Shown here piece by piece: positions 37,074 to 49,109 of a stretch of DNA of 64,000 nucleotides; the stretch's first letter is position 1; every line of letters begins with the position of its first letter. The translations under genes were made by a program, and so were the position numbers. The stretch is from Ostrea edulis (Eukaryota), in assembly GCF_947568905.1 (NCBI RefSeq), contig NC_079168.1:49414001-49478000 (forward strand). Direction: 5' to 3'. The notes beneath the pieces are model-generated. The model was not told the origin of the DNA. It saw nothing but the letters and a program-made list of their open reading frames with translations, and did no database searches.

Positions 37074-38224
37074 ATATATATAGATTAGCCTCCTCTCCCC
37101 TATTTTTCATTCGATGTATGATAGGAAAATCGCAGATAATTCATAGTATGTATTTTCAATCCTTTATATCAAACCTATAATATTGTATTTTCGCGATCTT
37201 AGAAGTCTAATACCTTAATTATACCACAGTATAATATCTTTGTAGCTTACCATACAGAGGGTTGCTTGGGGGAGTGATAGCACTAACTGACACACAGATG
37301 ACGACATTGAATGGATATTCTAACATGTTCTTCGTTTGGGGTGGAGAGGATGACAATCTTTTTGACAGGTTTAGCGACGTTTTATTGTTGAAATTCTTCC
37401 CCAATCCCTAATATGCTTGTATTGAACTATGCCAATCGAATTGTTTGGTAATATTTTGTAGATTTGTGGAGAGTCGGCTTTGGTTTGATAGAACAGATTA
37501 CCAGGACGGGTTTGTCACGACTTTAGCGCACAAGAAGGGGAAGAAGTTCACTTCTCGGTATATTTTTCATTTAGTTCTTCAAGGACCAAATGGACCTCGA
37601 CTGTGTAACGTTTTCTGCTTCACCTAATTCCATGTATATGAAAAGGAGTCTCTCAAGATAACATATTTACAGTATCACTGTATCTCGGTAATTGATCTTT
37701 TTGTTCTGAGTTTAAAGTCAAATAAAATATAAATATATTCCCCTCCTTTGATGTCGAATCTAGATGATAATTTAGTGGTCCGCATCGGTGTAATGATCAC
37801 ACAGTTCCACATTTTATTAACAAAACTCGTATGTACTTTTAAAAACAGGTTCCGCACGGGAGTTAAAACCAAACATTCCAGGTCTTTTGACGGCGTTTCC
37901 AGTCTGCGGTATGAAGTAATTCTGGTGAAATACAAGCCTCTGTTTACCTGGATCGTGGTCAGTGTAAATCAAACTCTTATGAATGAGGTAACTTTATATT
38001 TTAAGCTCGAGATTTTAGAATATCATAATAAGGCGTTGTTCACAATATTAACAGTTATTTTACAAAAATTGTAAATTTATATTTTAAGCTCAGGATTTAG
38101 AATATCATAATAAGGCGTTGTTTACAATATTGACAGTTATTTTACAAAAATTCTAATTAATTTACAGGAATTCCTGTTAAATGGGGAGAAACTCAAACAG
38201 TGGCGAGACAAATCCAATTCATAG
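29161..38224 (+). CDS. GT7-family beta-1,4-N-acetylgalactosaminyl/galactosyltransferase (bre-4/B4GALT-like), 7 exons, 374 aa
   Basis: Exons: 29161-29449, 33120-33349, 35358-35548, 37246-37368, 37462-37557, 37849-37987, 38168-38224 (1125 nt, in frame). It has an N-terminal type II anchor and the motifs IAIVIPYRDRE, IYVIEQ, FNRG, DVD, LPYRGLLGGV, NGYSN, WGGEDD and DGVSSLRY. The start codon and exon 1 are less certain than the catalytic exons. Confidence 0.9.
31405..31610. repeat. 78-bp tandem repeat (~2.6 copies) inside the RTE endonuclease
   Basis: TTCCATCAGCCGAAATCCATGT recurs at ~31403, ~31477 and ~31549 (spacing approximate). Confidence 0.7.
32225..32558 (-). mobile_element. 3' fragment of an abundant bivalve retroelement (Penelope-like) inserted in the RTE
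   Basis: The minus strand reads LTAGVTGRQEMLTPPRHLIPPLV...MRSITVRYLHLS, a repeat signature recalled from oyster and mussel genomes. The family assignment is from memory. Confidence 0.5.
33487..35307 (-). mobile_element. HINE with degenerate Cg170-like repeats in GT7 intron 2
   Basis: Ends AACAGGAGGCAAATGGGCCACATCGCTCAC and GACAGACAGACGG...TTCAGGTAAGCTTTAAAAA. TTGAACAAACTTGAAT recurs every ~150-167 bp. A (CA)n run lies at ~33663-33706. Confidence 0.75.
35573..35948. repeat. 54-bp tandem repeat (~7 copies) at the start of GT7 intron 3
   Basis: Unit TTCATAAATGTAATTAATATACATTTATGTACCAATAATAAACAGACGAATGTG; it explains the 18-aa repeat ORFs on both strands. Confidence 0.97.
36174..36414 (-). mobile_element. 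5'-truncated RTE LINE (241 bp) with 13-bp TSD
   Basis: Open frame IGHVLRKDQDKISRTALFWTPEGKRKTGRPKITWRRTVEAEM..ATDRQGWREFVAALHARG and a TAATAAGTA tail. The TSD ATAGAGGAAATAT lies at 36161-36173 and 36415-36427. Confidence 0.92.
36548..37038. mobile_element. MITE with TATGGCACGC termini and AGATATCT-rich interior
   Basis: TATGGCACGC...TTTATTCCTCT at the left end and AGAGGAATAAA...GCGTGCCATA at the right end, followed by (TA)n. Confidence 0.75.
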
Positions 38225-38870
38225 GGGAATGTTAAATTAAATTGTATATAACTACCTATATGTGTTTAAATAAATTATGAAAAGACCTACTAGTACAAGT
38301 GTACGAGTACGAAAATAATGTCTAGAATATACAGTACATCATGAAGTGAATTTCAGAATACTAATATTAATTGTATATAGTGCGTGTTAGAGGTGAAAAA
38401 GCGTGATTTTGTAAGAGATGGATTTCAGAATATTGTTTTGTGTAGTTCATGTTCGGGATGGTGTGGATTTTGTTAAACCTTTTTTCAGTTTTGTCTGACC
38501 ATGATTTATTTGTGAATGTATGGATTTCCATGTATATATGTTTACAATGTTACTAATCACATGAAAAAACTACAAACAAAATTGTATTATGCATGTATAT
38601 TGTTAAATCCTCTTCATATGGTCGTAGAATTATGCAATATAGTGGTGGATTTAGAGTATTGTCATTCTGTATATATATATTGTAGGATCTAGTATTATGA
38701 AAATTTACTTGTATTACTTTTTTTATATATACTTCTATGCCACTTCCTTGATTTGTTCGTTGAAGTATTTTAAAATATCATATATCTATCATTATACAAA
38801 CAACTTTTTTTAAATTTCATCTAACGTTGCATTGACATTGATATAATGTAACACTTTGTTGGGTTTTTTT

Positions 38871-38934
38871 TTAGCTCACCTGAACCGAAGGTTCAAGTGA
38901 GCTTTTCTGATCACATTTTGTCCGGCGTCCGTCT

Positions 38935-38976
<42 letters not shown>

Positions 38977-39960
38977 ATGAACCACTGGGCCAATTTCAAC
39001 CAAAGTTGGCACAAAGCATCCTTAGGTAAAGGGAATTCTAATTTGTTAAAATAAAGGGCCAGACCACCTTCCAAGGGGAGATAATCAAGAAATGGTAGAA
39101 ATAGAGTAGGGTCATTAAAAAAATCTTCTTCTCAAGAACCACTGGGCCAGAAAATATGAAATTTATAGATAAGCTTTATTAGGTAGTGCAGATTCTAAAT
39201 TGTTAAAATCCTGGCCCCCGGGGGTAGGATGGGGCCACAATAGGGGATCAAAGTTTTACATACAAATATATAGGAAAAATCTTTAAAAATCTTCTTCTCA
39301 AGAACCACTGAGCTAGAAAAACTGAGATTTATTTGAAAGCTTCCTGATATAGCGCAGATTGATTCTAAATTGTTAAAATCCTGGCCCCCGGGGGTCGGAT
39401 GGGGCCACAATAGGGATCAAAGTTTAACATACAAATACAGTATATAGAGAAAATCTTCTTCTCAAGAACCACTGAGCCAGAAAAGCTGATATTTACATGA
39501 AAGCTTTCTGACATAATGCAAATTCAAGCTTGTTAAAATGATGGCAACCGGGGGTATGATGGGGCCACAATAGGGGATCAAAGTTTTACATACAAATGTA
39601 TAGGGAAAATCTTTAAAAATCTTCTTCTCAAGAACCACTGGGCCAGAAAAGCTGATATTTACATGAAAGCTTTCTGACAGAGTGCAGATTCAAGTTTGTT
39701 CAAATCATGGCTCCTGGGGGTAGGATGGGGCCACAAGGGGGGATCAAAGTTTTACATACAAATATATAGGAAAAATCTTTATAAATCTTCTCAAGAACCA
39801 TTGGGCCAAAGAAGTTCACATTTACATGAAAGCTTTCTAACATAGTGTAGATTCAAGTTTGCAAAAACTATGGCCTCCAGGGGTAGGTTGTGACCATAAT
39901 AGGGACTACGGTTTTACATGCAAATATATATGGAAAGTCTTCTGATATGGACCAAGGTGA

Positions 39961-39995
<35 letters not shown>
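38871..39995 (+). mobile_element. Complete HINE carrying ~5 Cg170/HindIII-like 166-bp repeats
   Basis: 5' TTAGCTCACCTGAACCGAAGGTTCAAGTGAGCT stem and GTCT microsatellite. AAATCTTCTTCTCAAGAACCA recurs at ~39121, 39288, 39452, 39619 and 39783, with AAGCTT sites. 3' end GACTCAGGTGAGCGATGTGGCCCATGGGCCTCTTGTT. Confidence 0.88.
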
Positions 39996-39998
<3 letters not shown>

Positions 39999-40260
39999 CT
40001 ACTAGTATACCGGGTATTATGTCTTAGGCAGCTTACTTCTCCGATTTAAATCACCATTTGAAAGCAATTTTACAGATCGTAGTTTTATAATTATTGTTTC
40101 ATGCAAGGATATACAATATCCCAGCACCTGAATACAATAATTACATAAAATGCTCATAATTCATTTATTTCTAATATTGTACATTATGTTATAACAAAAA
40201 ATTAAAACAATGTGTATCAACTATATGAATACTTATTTTGCATGCAATGCTGTGTTGGTA

Positions 40261-40970
40261 TTGGAGCTCGGACAAGATAAAAACGACCAGTGGCGGTAGC
40301 TTAGAGGTGAGGGCACTTCACTGGAGCTCGTACAAGATAAAAACGACCAGTGGCGGTAGCTTAGAGGTGAGGGCACTTCACTGGAGCTCGTACAAGATAA
40401 AAACGACCAGTGGCGGTAGTTTAGAGGTGAGGACACTCACTGGAGCTCGGACAAGATAAAAACGACCAGTGGCGGTAGTTTAGAGGTGAGGACACTCACT
40501 GGAGTTCGGACAAGATCAATACGACCAGTGGCGGTAGCTTTGAGTAGAGGGCACTCACTGGAACTCGGACAAGATCAATGCAACTAGTCGTGATAACTTA
40601 GAGGTGAGAGCATTCACTGGAGCTCGGACAAGATAAAAACGACCAGTGGCGATAGCTTAGAGGTGAGGGCACTCACTGGAGCTCGGACAAGATAAAAACG
40701 ACCAGTGGCGATAGCTTAGAGGTGAGGGCACTCACTGGAGCTCGGACAGGATAAAAACGACCAGTGGCGGTAGTTTAGAGGTGAGGCAATCACTGGAGCT
40801 CGGACAAGATAAAAACGACCAGTGGCGGTAGCTTAGAGGTGAGGGCACTCACTGGAGTTCGGACAAGATCAATACGACCAGTGGCGGTAGCTTTGAGTAG
40901 AGGGCACTCACTGGAGCTCGGAAAAGATCAATACAACTAGTCGTGGTAGTTTATAGTGGTGAGGTCACTC
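40261..40970 (+). repeat. 59-60-bp tandem array (12 units) whose last unit runs into a tRNA-SINE
   Basis: Unit TGGAGCTCGGACAAGATAAAAACGACCAGTGGCGGTAGCTTAGAGGTGAGGGCACTCAC. Confidence 0.95.
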
Positions 40971-41135
40971 GTTTCACAACTGTGAGGTCCCAGATTCGAT
41001 TCTTGATCCCAACTTAAATGGTTTTCTCATTGCTAGTGACTGTTCCTTCGACGAGCATCACGATCTTTAGGATACGGCCTTAAAGATACGGCCTTAAAAG
41101 TTGAGGTTACGGTAGTCGACAGCCTTGCGTATTGT
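40938..41135 (+). mobile_element. Degenerate tRNA-derived SINE
   Basis: A-box-like TAGTTTATAGTGG (40947-40959) and B-box-like GATTCGATTC (40993-41002), followed by GACTG..TTCG..ATCACG.TCTTT.GGAT..G.CCTTAAAA, a body resembling oyster SINEs as recalled. Confidence 0.6.
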
Positions 41136-41465
41136 GCATAGAACAATTTGTGACACTACTGGCGTCTCTATATGAGAAAAAGTAAACACTTAAAAAGGGG
41201 TTAAAATAACACGCAAAAACAAGCTAAAATGGAAATGTATTGGTCATTTTTATATCACGTGGAAGTTTATGGGGTAGAGTATGTGTGTCGGCACATCGCA
41301 GTTCAACGAATACACAGCGCCATAAACCAAAATTAGTAAAACTTTTATCTCAATTTCCGTTCTACTTATAACTTTCTCATTTTCTTTCGAAGGTAGACAT
41401 TTACAATGGCCCTAGGAGAGATGGCAAATTCATAGAATCAGGCATACATGTATTTACAATCGTTT

Positions 41466-41917
41466 TTAGCTCACCTGAGCTGTAATATCAAGTGAGCTTT
41501 TCTGATCACCTATTCTCTATCTGTCAGTCTGTCTGTAAACTTTTCCCATTTTGGACTTCTCCAATTTCAACCAAACTTGGCAAATAGCATACATGTACTT
41601 GGGTGAAGGGCTTTCAAGTTTGTTCAAATGGAGGGTCATGCCCCCTTCAAAGGGAAGATAATCGCAAAAATAGGATGGAGTCATTGAAAATCTTCTCGAG
41701 AACCACTGAGTCAGAAGAACTGAAATTTACACGAAAGCTTCCTGACATAGTGCAGATTCAAGCTTGTTAAAACCATAACCTCCGGGTGTAGGTTGGGGCC
41801 TATATAAGGCATCTAAGTTTTACATAGAAATATGTACTGAGTGAATATATATAGGGGAAAATCTTTAAATATGGGCCAAGATGACTCAAGTGGGCATTAT
41901 GGCCAATGGGCCTCTTG
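41466..41917 (+). mobile_element. Short HINE (~1.5 Cg170-like units)
   Basis: Same termini as the 38871-39995 element. Confidence 0.8.
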
Positions 41918-43011
41918 CATACTTTTGTCAGTTTAATACCACTTATTCCCATACGTTAAAAAATAGTTCGTTCTGCCGGAGACAAAGGCAAGTACTTAAT
42001 TTCCAAATGAGAGAATAAACTGATACGTACTACGCTGCCGTTGATTCCACTGAAAACATAGTTACTCAAACTCCATTTTAGAGTTAAACGTTATAACTGT
42101 AAATAACAAAGGGTAATGTGGCTCTATGGCCCACTCGTTTCATATAGCTGAAGAATGTACATGCATACTAGAATTACCAGTATGTGGCGCATACCATCTC
42201 GCTTGTCTGAATGATAACAGAATCTTGGCAACTTGATATTAAGTACAAGTAATGTACTTGGTTAAAAAGAGAGCTAGAGCTGCGTATGACCAGATAATTT
42301 ATATATATATGCTTTGCCCTGACTGAAGGTCCTTTGGTCAAGGTTACTAGATGGGATATTTGTTCTCGTCACAGCTATTGCTGATGGTCAGGCAGTGAGT
42401 CATGACCCTGAACTAATCAGTGTCTTTTAACCAAAGCCAAGTTCACTTGCATAAATGAGGTACGTACTTTTTTCCAGGCGATCATTATACAAGACTTTAG
42501 AATGGCGTACTTGGTTTAATGGTTGTTTTTGATAAGACAAAAGGTCATTTGGTCAGAGGTCAATTTCATTAGAAATACTCCTTCCAGATTGTAACTATTT
42601 AATCAAGAAGGATTATAGATCTTCAATTTTGCCATTGCTTATGAGAGACATAGAGTTTTGACCTGAACCAAGGTCATTTGGCCAAGATGAATTTTGTGTC
42701 CATATAGAGTTTAAGTCCATAGATTGTAAAATTTTAACTAACACGCTATCTGATTAGATGCAGGGGACTTGGCCTGCATCCAATCATATGCAGGAAATTG
42801 TTGACACGAAAATTGTGCTAGCGCAGCCAAAGGTTGTAGAGAATTCAAGTTAGGAGTAGCAGATCGTAAATCCTTGGCTAGCGAAGATGGCAACACTTCA
42901 AATTGTTATTTTTGTTAAATGTGTGATACTCGTGAGAAGCTTGCAGGTGGCCATTAATGTCCACATGCATGGAACGCAAAATTAACACAAACTCAAATAT
43001 TTGAAGATATT

Positions 43012-43602
43012 TATGGCACGCCAAATTCACAAAAATGAGCTAAACATAGTTTCACAGTTGATAAACTAGGTTTATCGACTGTAAACTATAGTTTACGAAC
43101 TGTAAACTATAGTTAACGATTCGTTAACTATAGTTTTCATCCGTAAAACTATATTTAACGGTTGTAAACTATAGTTTACAAATGCTAATCCAAGTTTATC
43201 TGTCTTTAAATAAACGTTAACAATATATTTTGCTGATAAATACAGATTCACATTTGTAAACTATAATTTACATTCGTTAACTATAGTTCACAATTGTTAA
43301 TCCTAGTTTCACAAATTGTGATACTATATTTATCAGACTTGTAAACCGTAGTTTACAATCGTGAAACCGTATTTATCAGATAAACTATGTTTTGCAATCG
43401 CTAATGATTGTTTTCATTGTTAATTATAGTTTACGCTTGTGAAACATAGATTATCTGTTAACTATGGTTTTCAGATGTGAAATATAGATTAACGTCGTTA
43501 ACTATAGTTTGCGGTCCGTAAACTATAGTTTACAGTCAATAAACCTAGTTTATCAACTGTAAAACTATGTTTAGCTCATTTTTGTGAATTTGGCGTGCCA
43601 TA
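43012..43602. mobile_element. 591-bp MITE with >=90-bp TIRs and GTAAACTATAGTTTAC subrepeats
   Basis: TATGGCACGCCAAATTCACAAAAATGAGCTAAACATAG... matches the reverse complement of the right end almost perfectly. Confidence 0.88.
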
Positions 43603-43915
43603 GATCTATATCAATTCAATAATTGATGAGCGCAACATATGAATTGGTGATATAGTAATTAAAGATATCTTCAATTATTTGAGTTTATGTTTTGGCGCTC
43701 CACATAGATCTAGATATAAAATTGGTGTGCCATAAAAGTAAGTATCATTTCATTTTCATATGATGTTGGATACCGAAATTTGCCGGAGTTTGCCGAATAT
43801 TCAATCTTGCCTGGTTCTTGCCCCACTATTCGGAACATCGGGAGGGGAACCAGGTATGTTTGTTATGAAAAAGTGACACAGTGAACGACTCGGGCACCGG
43901 TCATGACGGCGGTGC

Positions 43916-44441
43916 CTGGAATCTGTGCAATACCCCCAAAAAAGTGCTATACCCAGAAAAAAGTACACTATACCCAATACTGCGATAATATACACAGGAT
44001 ATCCTCTTAGATGGGTTGAGAAATGGTTATCTGGAAAAAATGGTACACTGAATTGGTACCGTTACCGTTATACAGCCAATTCATAGAAAAATCCAATACA
44101 TCCGGCGCCATTTGCCGGCGCCATTGCTTGTGACGTATTATAAGGTATACCACGCCCGATCAAATTAAAGACGATGATGTAGTTTAAATGTTGGTGGGTT
44201 TTTCTAAGTTTATAAATTCAAGTATATGTATAATTTTTTATTTTTTAATGTAAGATGATGCCCCATCACCTGTCATTTTGTCACCAAAATGAATTCAATG
44301 GATTTTTAATTTTTTTTTTTAATTAAATATCATGAATTTAACACCAGTATTTAATTATTTCAAACACTTAACACTTTTTAATCTCAAAAGCAGGCATGAG
44401 TATGTAATTTAAGTGATTAAATACTTTTTTTGCAAGACAAA
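43916..44441 (+). repeat. Left arm of ~520-bp inverted repeat (partner at 50843-51360)
   Basis: Aligns in reverse complement to 50843-51360 with few differences. Confidence 0.92.
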
Positions 44442-46386
44442 ATTTCTTCCTTACAAATTGTTTACACTATAAGCTATGTATATTGCTTATTTAGCGAGGG
44501 GGGGGGGGGGGGATGCACCACAGGTTAAACAAGCAATTAATTATAACAATGAAAATAAATAACAATCATTCGGAGGTACTGATACTGGCAAAGTTAACAC
44601 TTCTGCACTGCACACATCTATAATTACATTTATACATGAAATACTAATTGTAGACAGGATTTAAATTAACAACCTGATATATTAGATAAGTTAACCCAAC
44701 TGTTTCAGAAACAGCTGAAAATGATATTGTTGCTTGAATACATATAAAACTGCAATCAAATCAGTATAATTATAGTTTAGTAAGTACAGTATGCAAGTAT
44801 AAAAAAAATATGCACATGCAGCCTCCTTTAACGTAGTATTTGTTTTCTCTTTTTAATTGTTTTATTAGTACATACCTATTCCATTTAGAAATTCAATGAG
44901 AATTTTTAAAAGAAATGGTTGCCATAACTGGAAATTAACATATATTTATCCATTGATATGTAAACATAGTATACAGTACTAGGTCATAAGTAAGTTCCCA
45001 AAGAAAATGTTCACTATATATTTAATACAAAACCATATACTTTTAAACAATTTTTCTGACCGCATTTCTTCATCAATTTTGATGAAATAAAAAGCACTGA
45101 TCTCAGAAGTATTCACAGTAGCATATAATAATTTAAGAATAAATATATGATAATATATTGTAAAGATATGACGATTTTAACACGAATCTTAATTTGAGAG
45201 TATATACTATTTATATAAGTATGTGTAATTTGGGGGGGGGGGGGTGTAAGAGAAGATTTTGAAAAAAAGATAGATTTGCATTAAATATATAGAGAAAATT
45301 CTCTTTGTGAACTTACTTATGGCCAACTACTGTAGTAAGGAATACCGTTATGTACAGAAATGAAACGTACGTTACAAGCCAGAGCAGGTATTTTATATTT
45401 CATTATCAGTGATATATAAAAGGTACGCATAACAACAGATTTTTTGATGAAGTTCGATAGCATGAATGAGTTGAAAAATGATAAGTTCTATTGTGTGTTT
45501 TTCAAATTGGTAAATCGCAGAGCTCAGATAAGGTGCGTATCAGCGTAAATACTCATTAAATCTTACCAAATACGCATTTAAGTTGAAAATCATGCGTATA
45601 ATTACTCATTAGGGAATGTAAATACGCTTTACACTCCCAAAGTAATGCTTATTAGTCCGCGTATTTGTGATACATGTAGTATGATATAAATATGAATTAT
45701 CTATTCATATGAAGTGAGGTTAGCCCAGGGATTGATCATACATGATATTTAGCGCTATGAAATACATTTGGATGACAATCACAATTTTGAAAAATTGGAA
45801 GAGTTAACTCAAAACACTATTATATATTCCTAATTGTTATACTTTCTTTCTTAAAGAGTTATTGTGCGGTCGAAAGCACAGAGAAAAAAACCCTTGTATT
45901 ATCGATCGTGGACGAATGATATACAAAATTAGATCATAATCATGTGACTTGAATGTCTGACATATTCAAATTTAATGCATCAATGATAAATATCAAATTT
46001 CAAATGACAATGAATAGTTTTAAATTAAAGAACTACAAAGGATTTTCTCCGTAAATAGCTGGAGCGGCCTTTTAGTATAAACTTTAAGTTCAAGTTTAAC
46101 GGAAGAAGTATCGTTTATCTGGTGACATCTTCTGTGCTGTGCAAAAGAACAACGATAATCAGTAAATTAAAAAAATACACTTTTGAATTCTTCTGAAAAG
46201 CAAAATACTCATTGATTAGAAAATCAGGGGGTAAATACTCTTTGTGATAAAAAAAATTAACTGGAGCTCTGTAAATGTGTATCTTATAAAGTCATGTCGC
46301 CGATCCATAGGTTTCATTTTTTAAAAGAGAATATAGCCTTTGATTTATCCAAATTTTAATATTGTGTTCTCTTAGCGTATGAATAA

Positions 46387-46496
46387 GAATGAAACGTACA
46401 GTATTTCATGTTTTGAAAAAACGAGTTTTTCAATGCAATATATGCCTGGTGAAAATAGTATAATACATGAAACATGAAATACTGTACGTTTCATTC
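46387..46496. repeat. Perfect 27-bp inverted repeat with 56-bp spacer
   Basis: GAATGAAACGTACAGTATTTCATGTTT and AAACATGAAATACTGTACGTTTCATTC. Confidence 0.85.
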
Positions 46497-47955
46497 ATCT
46501 TGCGTATTTGTAATCGAATATAAAAAATTATGAAATGTCCTTAACCTTTGTTTAAGCAACAATGCATTGTTCGAAACCTGCGTTACTGACTAGCATACGT
46601 TACCAAATCATACGACATTGTGTTAAAAATTTGTCTAACTTTGCACAAAGTATATGACCGCGTGGTTTTGAAGTAATTTATGTTTAAGATTCTAATGAAA
46701 TCAGAAACAATGCAGAAATTAGTAATTGGATACAAGTTTGACGAGATCACTGATTTTGAAATCTGGTGATGTAAACAAATTTAACATGGATATGTCAATT
46801 TTTAGACGATATTGTTCCCATTTCTGAAATTGTAGATGATGATTCTGACTACATATAATTACGACATTATGGGGGGATGCACCTTATATATTGTAACGTA
46901 CATTTCTTATATCATAAACTACTCAATTGTATTGAAGATCGAACTTTACATTCCGTCAATCATGATACATTATTTCCACTGTCAGAGAATGATAGTGTCA
47001 AATATTCCAAACATTAATATATATTGTTTGTAACATACACGTACGTCTGTTAGCAATGCTAGATTGAAGGAACGTGAAATGTTGTATGAAATATCAGTTG
47101 TAAATGATGGTTTTCCTATTAGATATGATGTTTCAATGTGGTCCTATCAAATCCTTTACAAATACGATTTATAGCTTGAGAATTGTGAATAAAGACGATA
47201 GAGCATTTATATAAAAAATTATCCACCATTTTTTCTGCTTGTCAAGATGTTTTGAGAAGCCAATAAACTTTCAATTTGTGATTCCGACCCCCTTTCCTTT
47301 GAAAAACGATGATACCCCCTGGTCAACGGATATTTATTGTTAAGGCAATACTAGTTATACTTGATGATTATGATAGCCCCATATAGACAATTTCATCTCT
47401 ATTCATATTTGCAGAAAATGTCACTCAACAGAGCGGAAAGTCGACACATACACACACACACATATATACCAAAATTAAGTATGGAAAATGAGTTTTGCAA
47501 ACGTGAAATGTACGTTATGTGTGCGTTATCTGTTTTGGAACCCCATGAGTGCAGACACTTAAGGTTTCTAGAATGTGTATGATTTCCTTTATGTCTGAGT
47601 TTATAATGTTTGACAACAATATCTTAACACGGTTTCCATTGATGTTTTCAATATTCTGGCAGCATAATTTCGTATCAGACATTATACGTATTGATAGAGA
47701 CACTAATGCAATATCACCTTTCAAAAATGAATACATGATCTCAGCGAAGCGTACATTGTGTTAATTACTTGGTATTGAGGGTGCTTATGTTTGACATTGT
47801 GTAAAAAATGAAACGCATTATAATTACATGCATATAATTATATTTGTCTTGTCTTTTCTGCAAACATTTAGCAATATGAATAAGTATAGAAGGACAGTTT
47901 TGGAATTCTTTAATTGTTTTTTCAGAATAAAGATTTGTGTACATTAACTGAGAAT

Positions 47956-47957
<2 letters not shown>

Positions 47958-48019
<62 letters not shown>

Positions 48020-48030
48020 ATATATATATA
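47958..48030. repeat. (TATC)n(TA)n microsatellite
   Basis: Read directly from the sequence; it lies just before the gap. Confidence 0.95.
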
Positions 48031-48052
48031 TCAGCATAAAAAGAATTCTGAG

Positions 48053-48180
48053 NNNNNNNNNNNNNNNNNNNNNNNNNNNNNNNNNNNNNNNNNNNNNNNN
48101 NNNNNNNNNNNNNNNNNNNNNNNNNNNNNNNNNNNNNNNNNNNNNNNNNNNNNNNNNNNNNNNNNNNNNNNNNNNNNNNN
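48053..48180. other. Assembly gap (N run)
   Basis: 128 N bases. Confidence 1.
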
Positions 48181-49109
48181 GATGAGAATTTCATGCCATT
48201 TCATGAAGGCCATAATGCTGATCCCTTTATTTGTGTATGGATCAGTCATTAAAACCTTTTTTTCTTTAAGCATGAGATGGTTGAACTGTAAGATGCGAAT
48301 TGTAAGTGACTGCTCAAAGAAAAAATATATGCATCAAAGTATAAAATTCCGCTAAAAATCTGTATAATGTTATTTAGATTACGGACAGAAAGTCACAAAA
48401 TCCGTAGGACAAAAAGTCACAGGACAAAGTCACAATGATGATTTTTGATTAGATAGGACAGATAGGATAAAAAGTCACAATGGTGACTTTTGATTAGATA
48501 GGATAAAAAGTCACGGGACAAAACCTCACTGGACTAAAAGTCACAAAAATGCTCACTAAAGCTGTTGTTCAGACACCAGACAACAAGAAACAAGCCAGCT
48601 TTGTGATATCACAGTTGTTTTCATTGAATTATATAGTTAAATTTAATGCTGAGAAGTGATTGATTTCATTTATCATATTTTTAATCTCAATAAAGGTCAT
48701 TAATTATTGAAAGTAAATGATACAACTTGACTCTTTGAAGACACCCTATTGTGTATACACAGCTACCAACACATGACCCCCATATCCTGTTACTGTAGCC
48801 TGTTTAACACCCCTTTGTGTATACACAACTACTGACAGAAGACCCTGTTTATTGAAACCCTATATAAACCTCCAATGACACCTCAGGCATTTGGTATTTT
48901 GCTATTTGTATACATGAAATATGTATGATTTGATGAGAAATATAAATTTCTTTGTGCTATATGGAATATAGTCAAATGTATATTAATGAGGGAAAAAAAA
49001 GAAATAATGATACATAAATAAGTCAGTGATTTCAATGCATTGCTCTATAATAAAATGGTTTTTTAATAAGCAAACAATTTACCACTTTGTAACCACCATC
49101 ATATTTATA

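Noticed and set aside
37992-38155. Two-copy tandem duplication in the last GT7 intron
   Set aside because: A simple local duplication that leaves the splice sites intact.
40938-41010. Possible tRNA gene
   Set aside because: The A/B boxes are degenerate, there is no convincing cloverleaf, and the sequence continues into a SINE-like body.
47515-47764. Short ORFs inside the large inverted repeat as a transposase
   Set aside because: No DDE, zinc-finger or other recognisable motif, so no autonomous element can be claimed.
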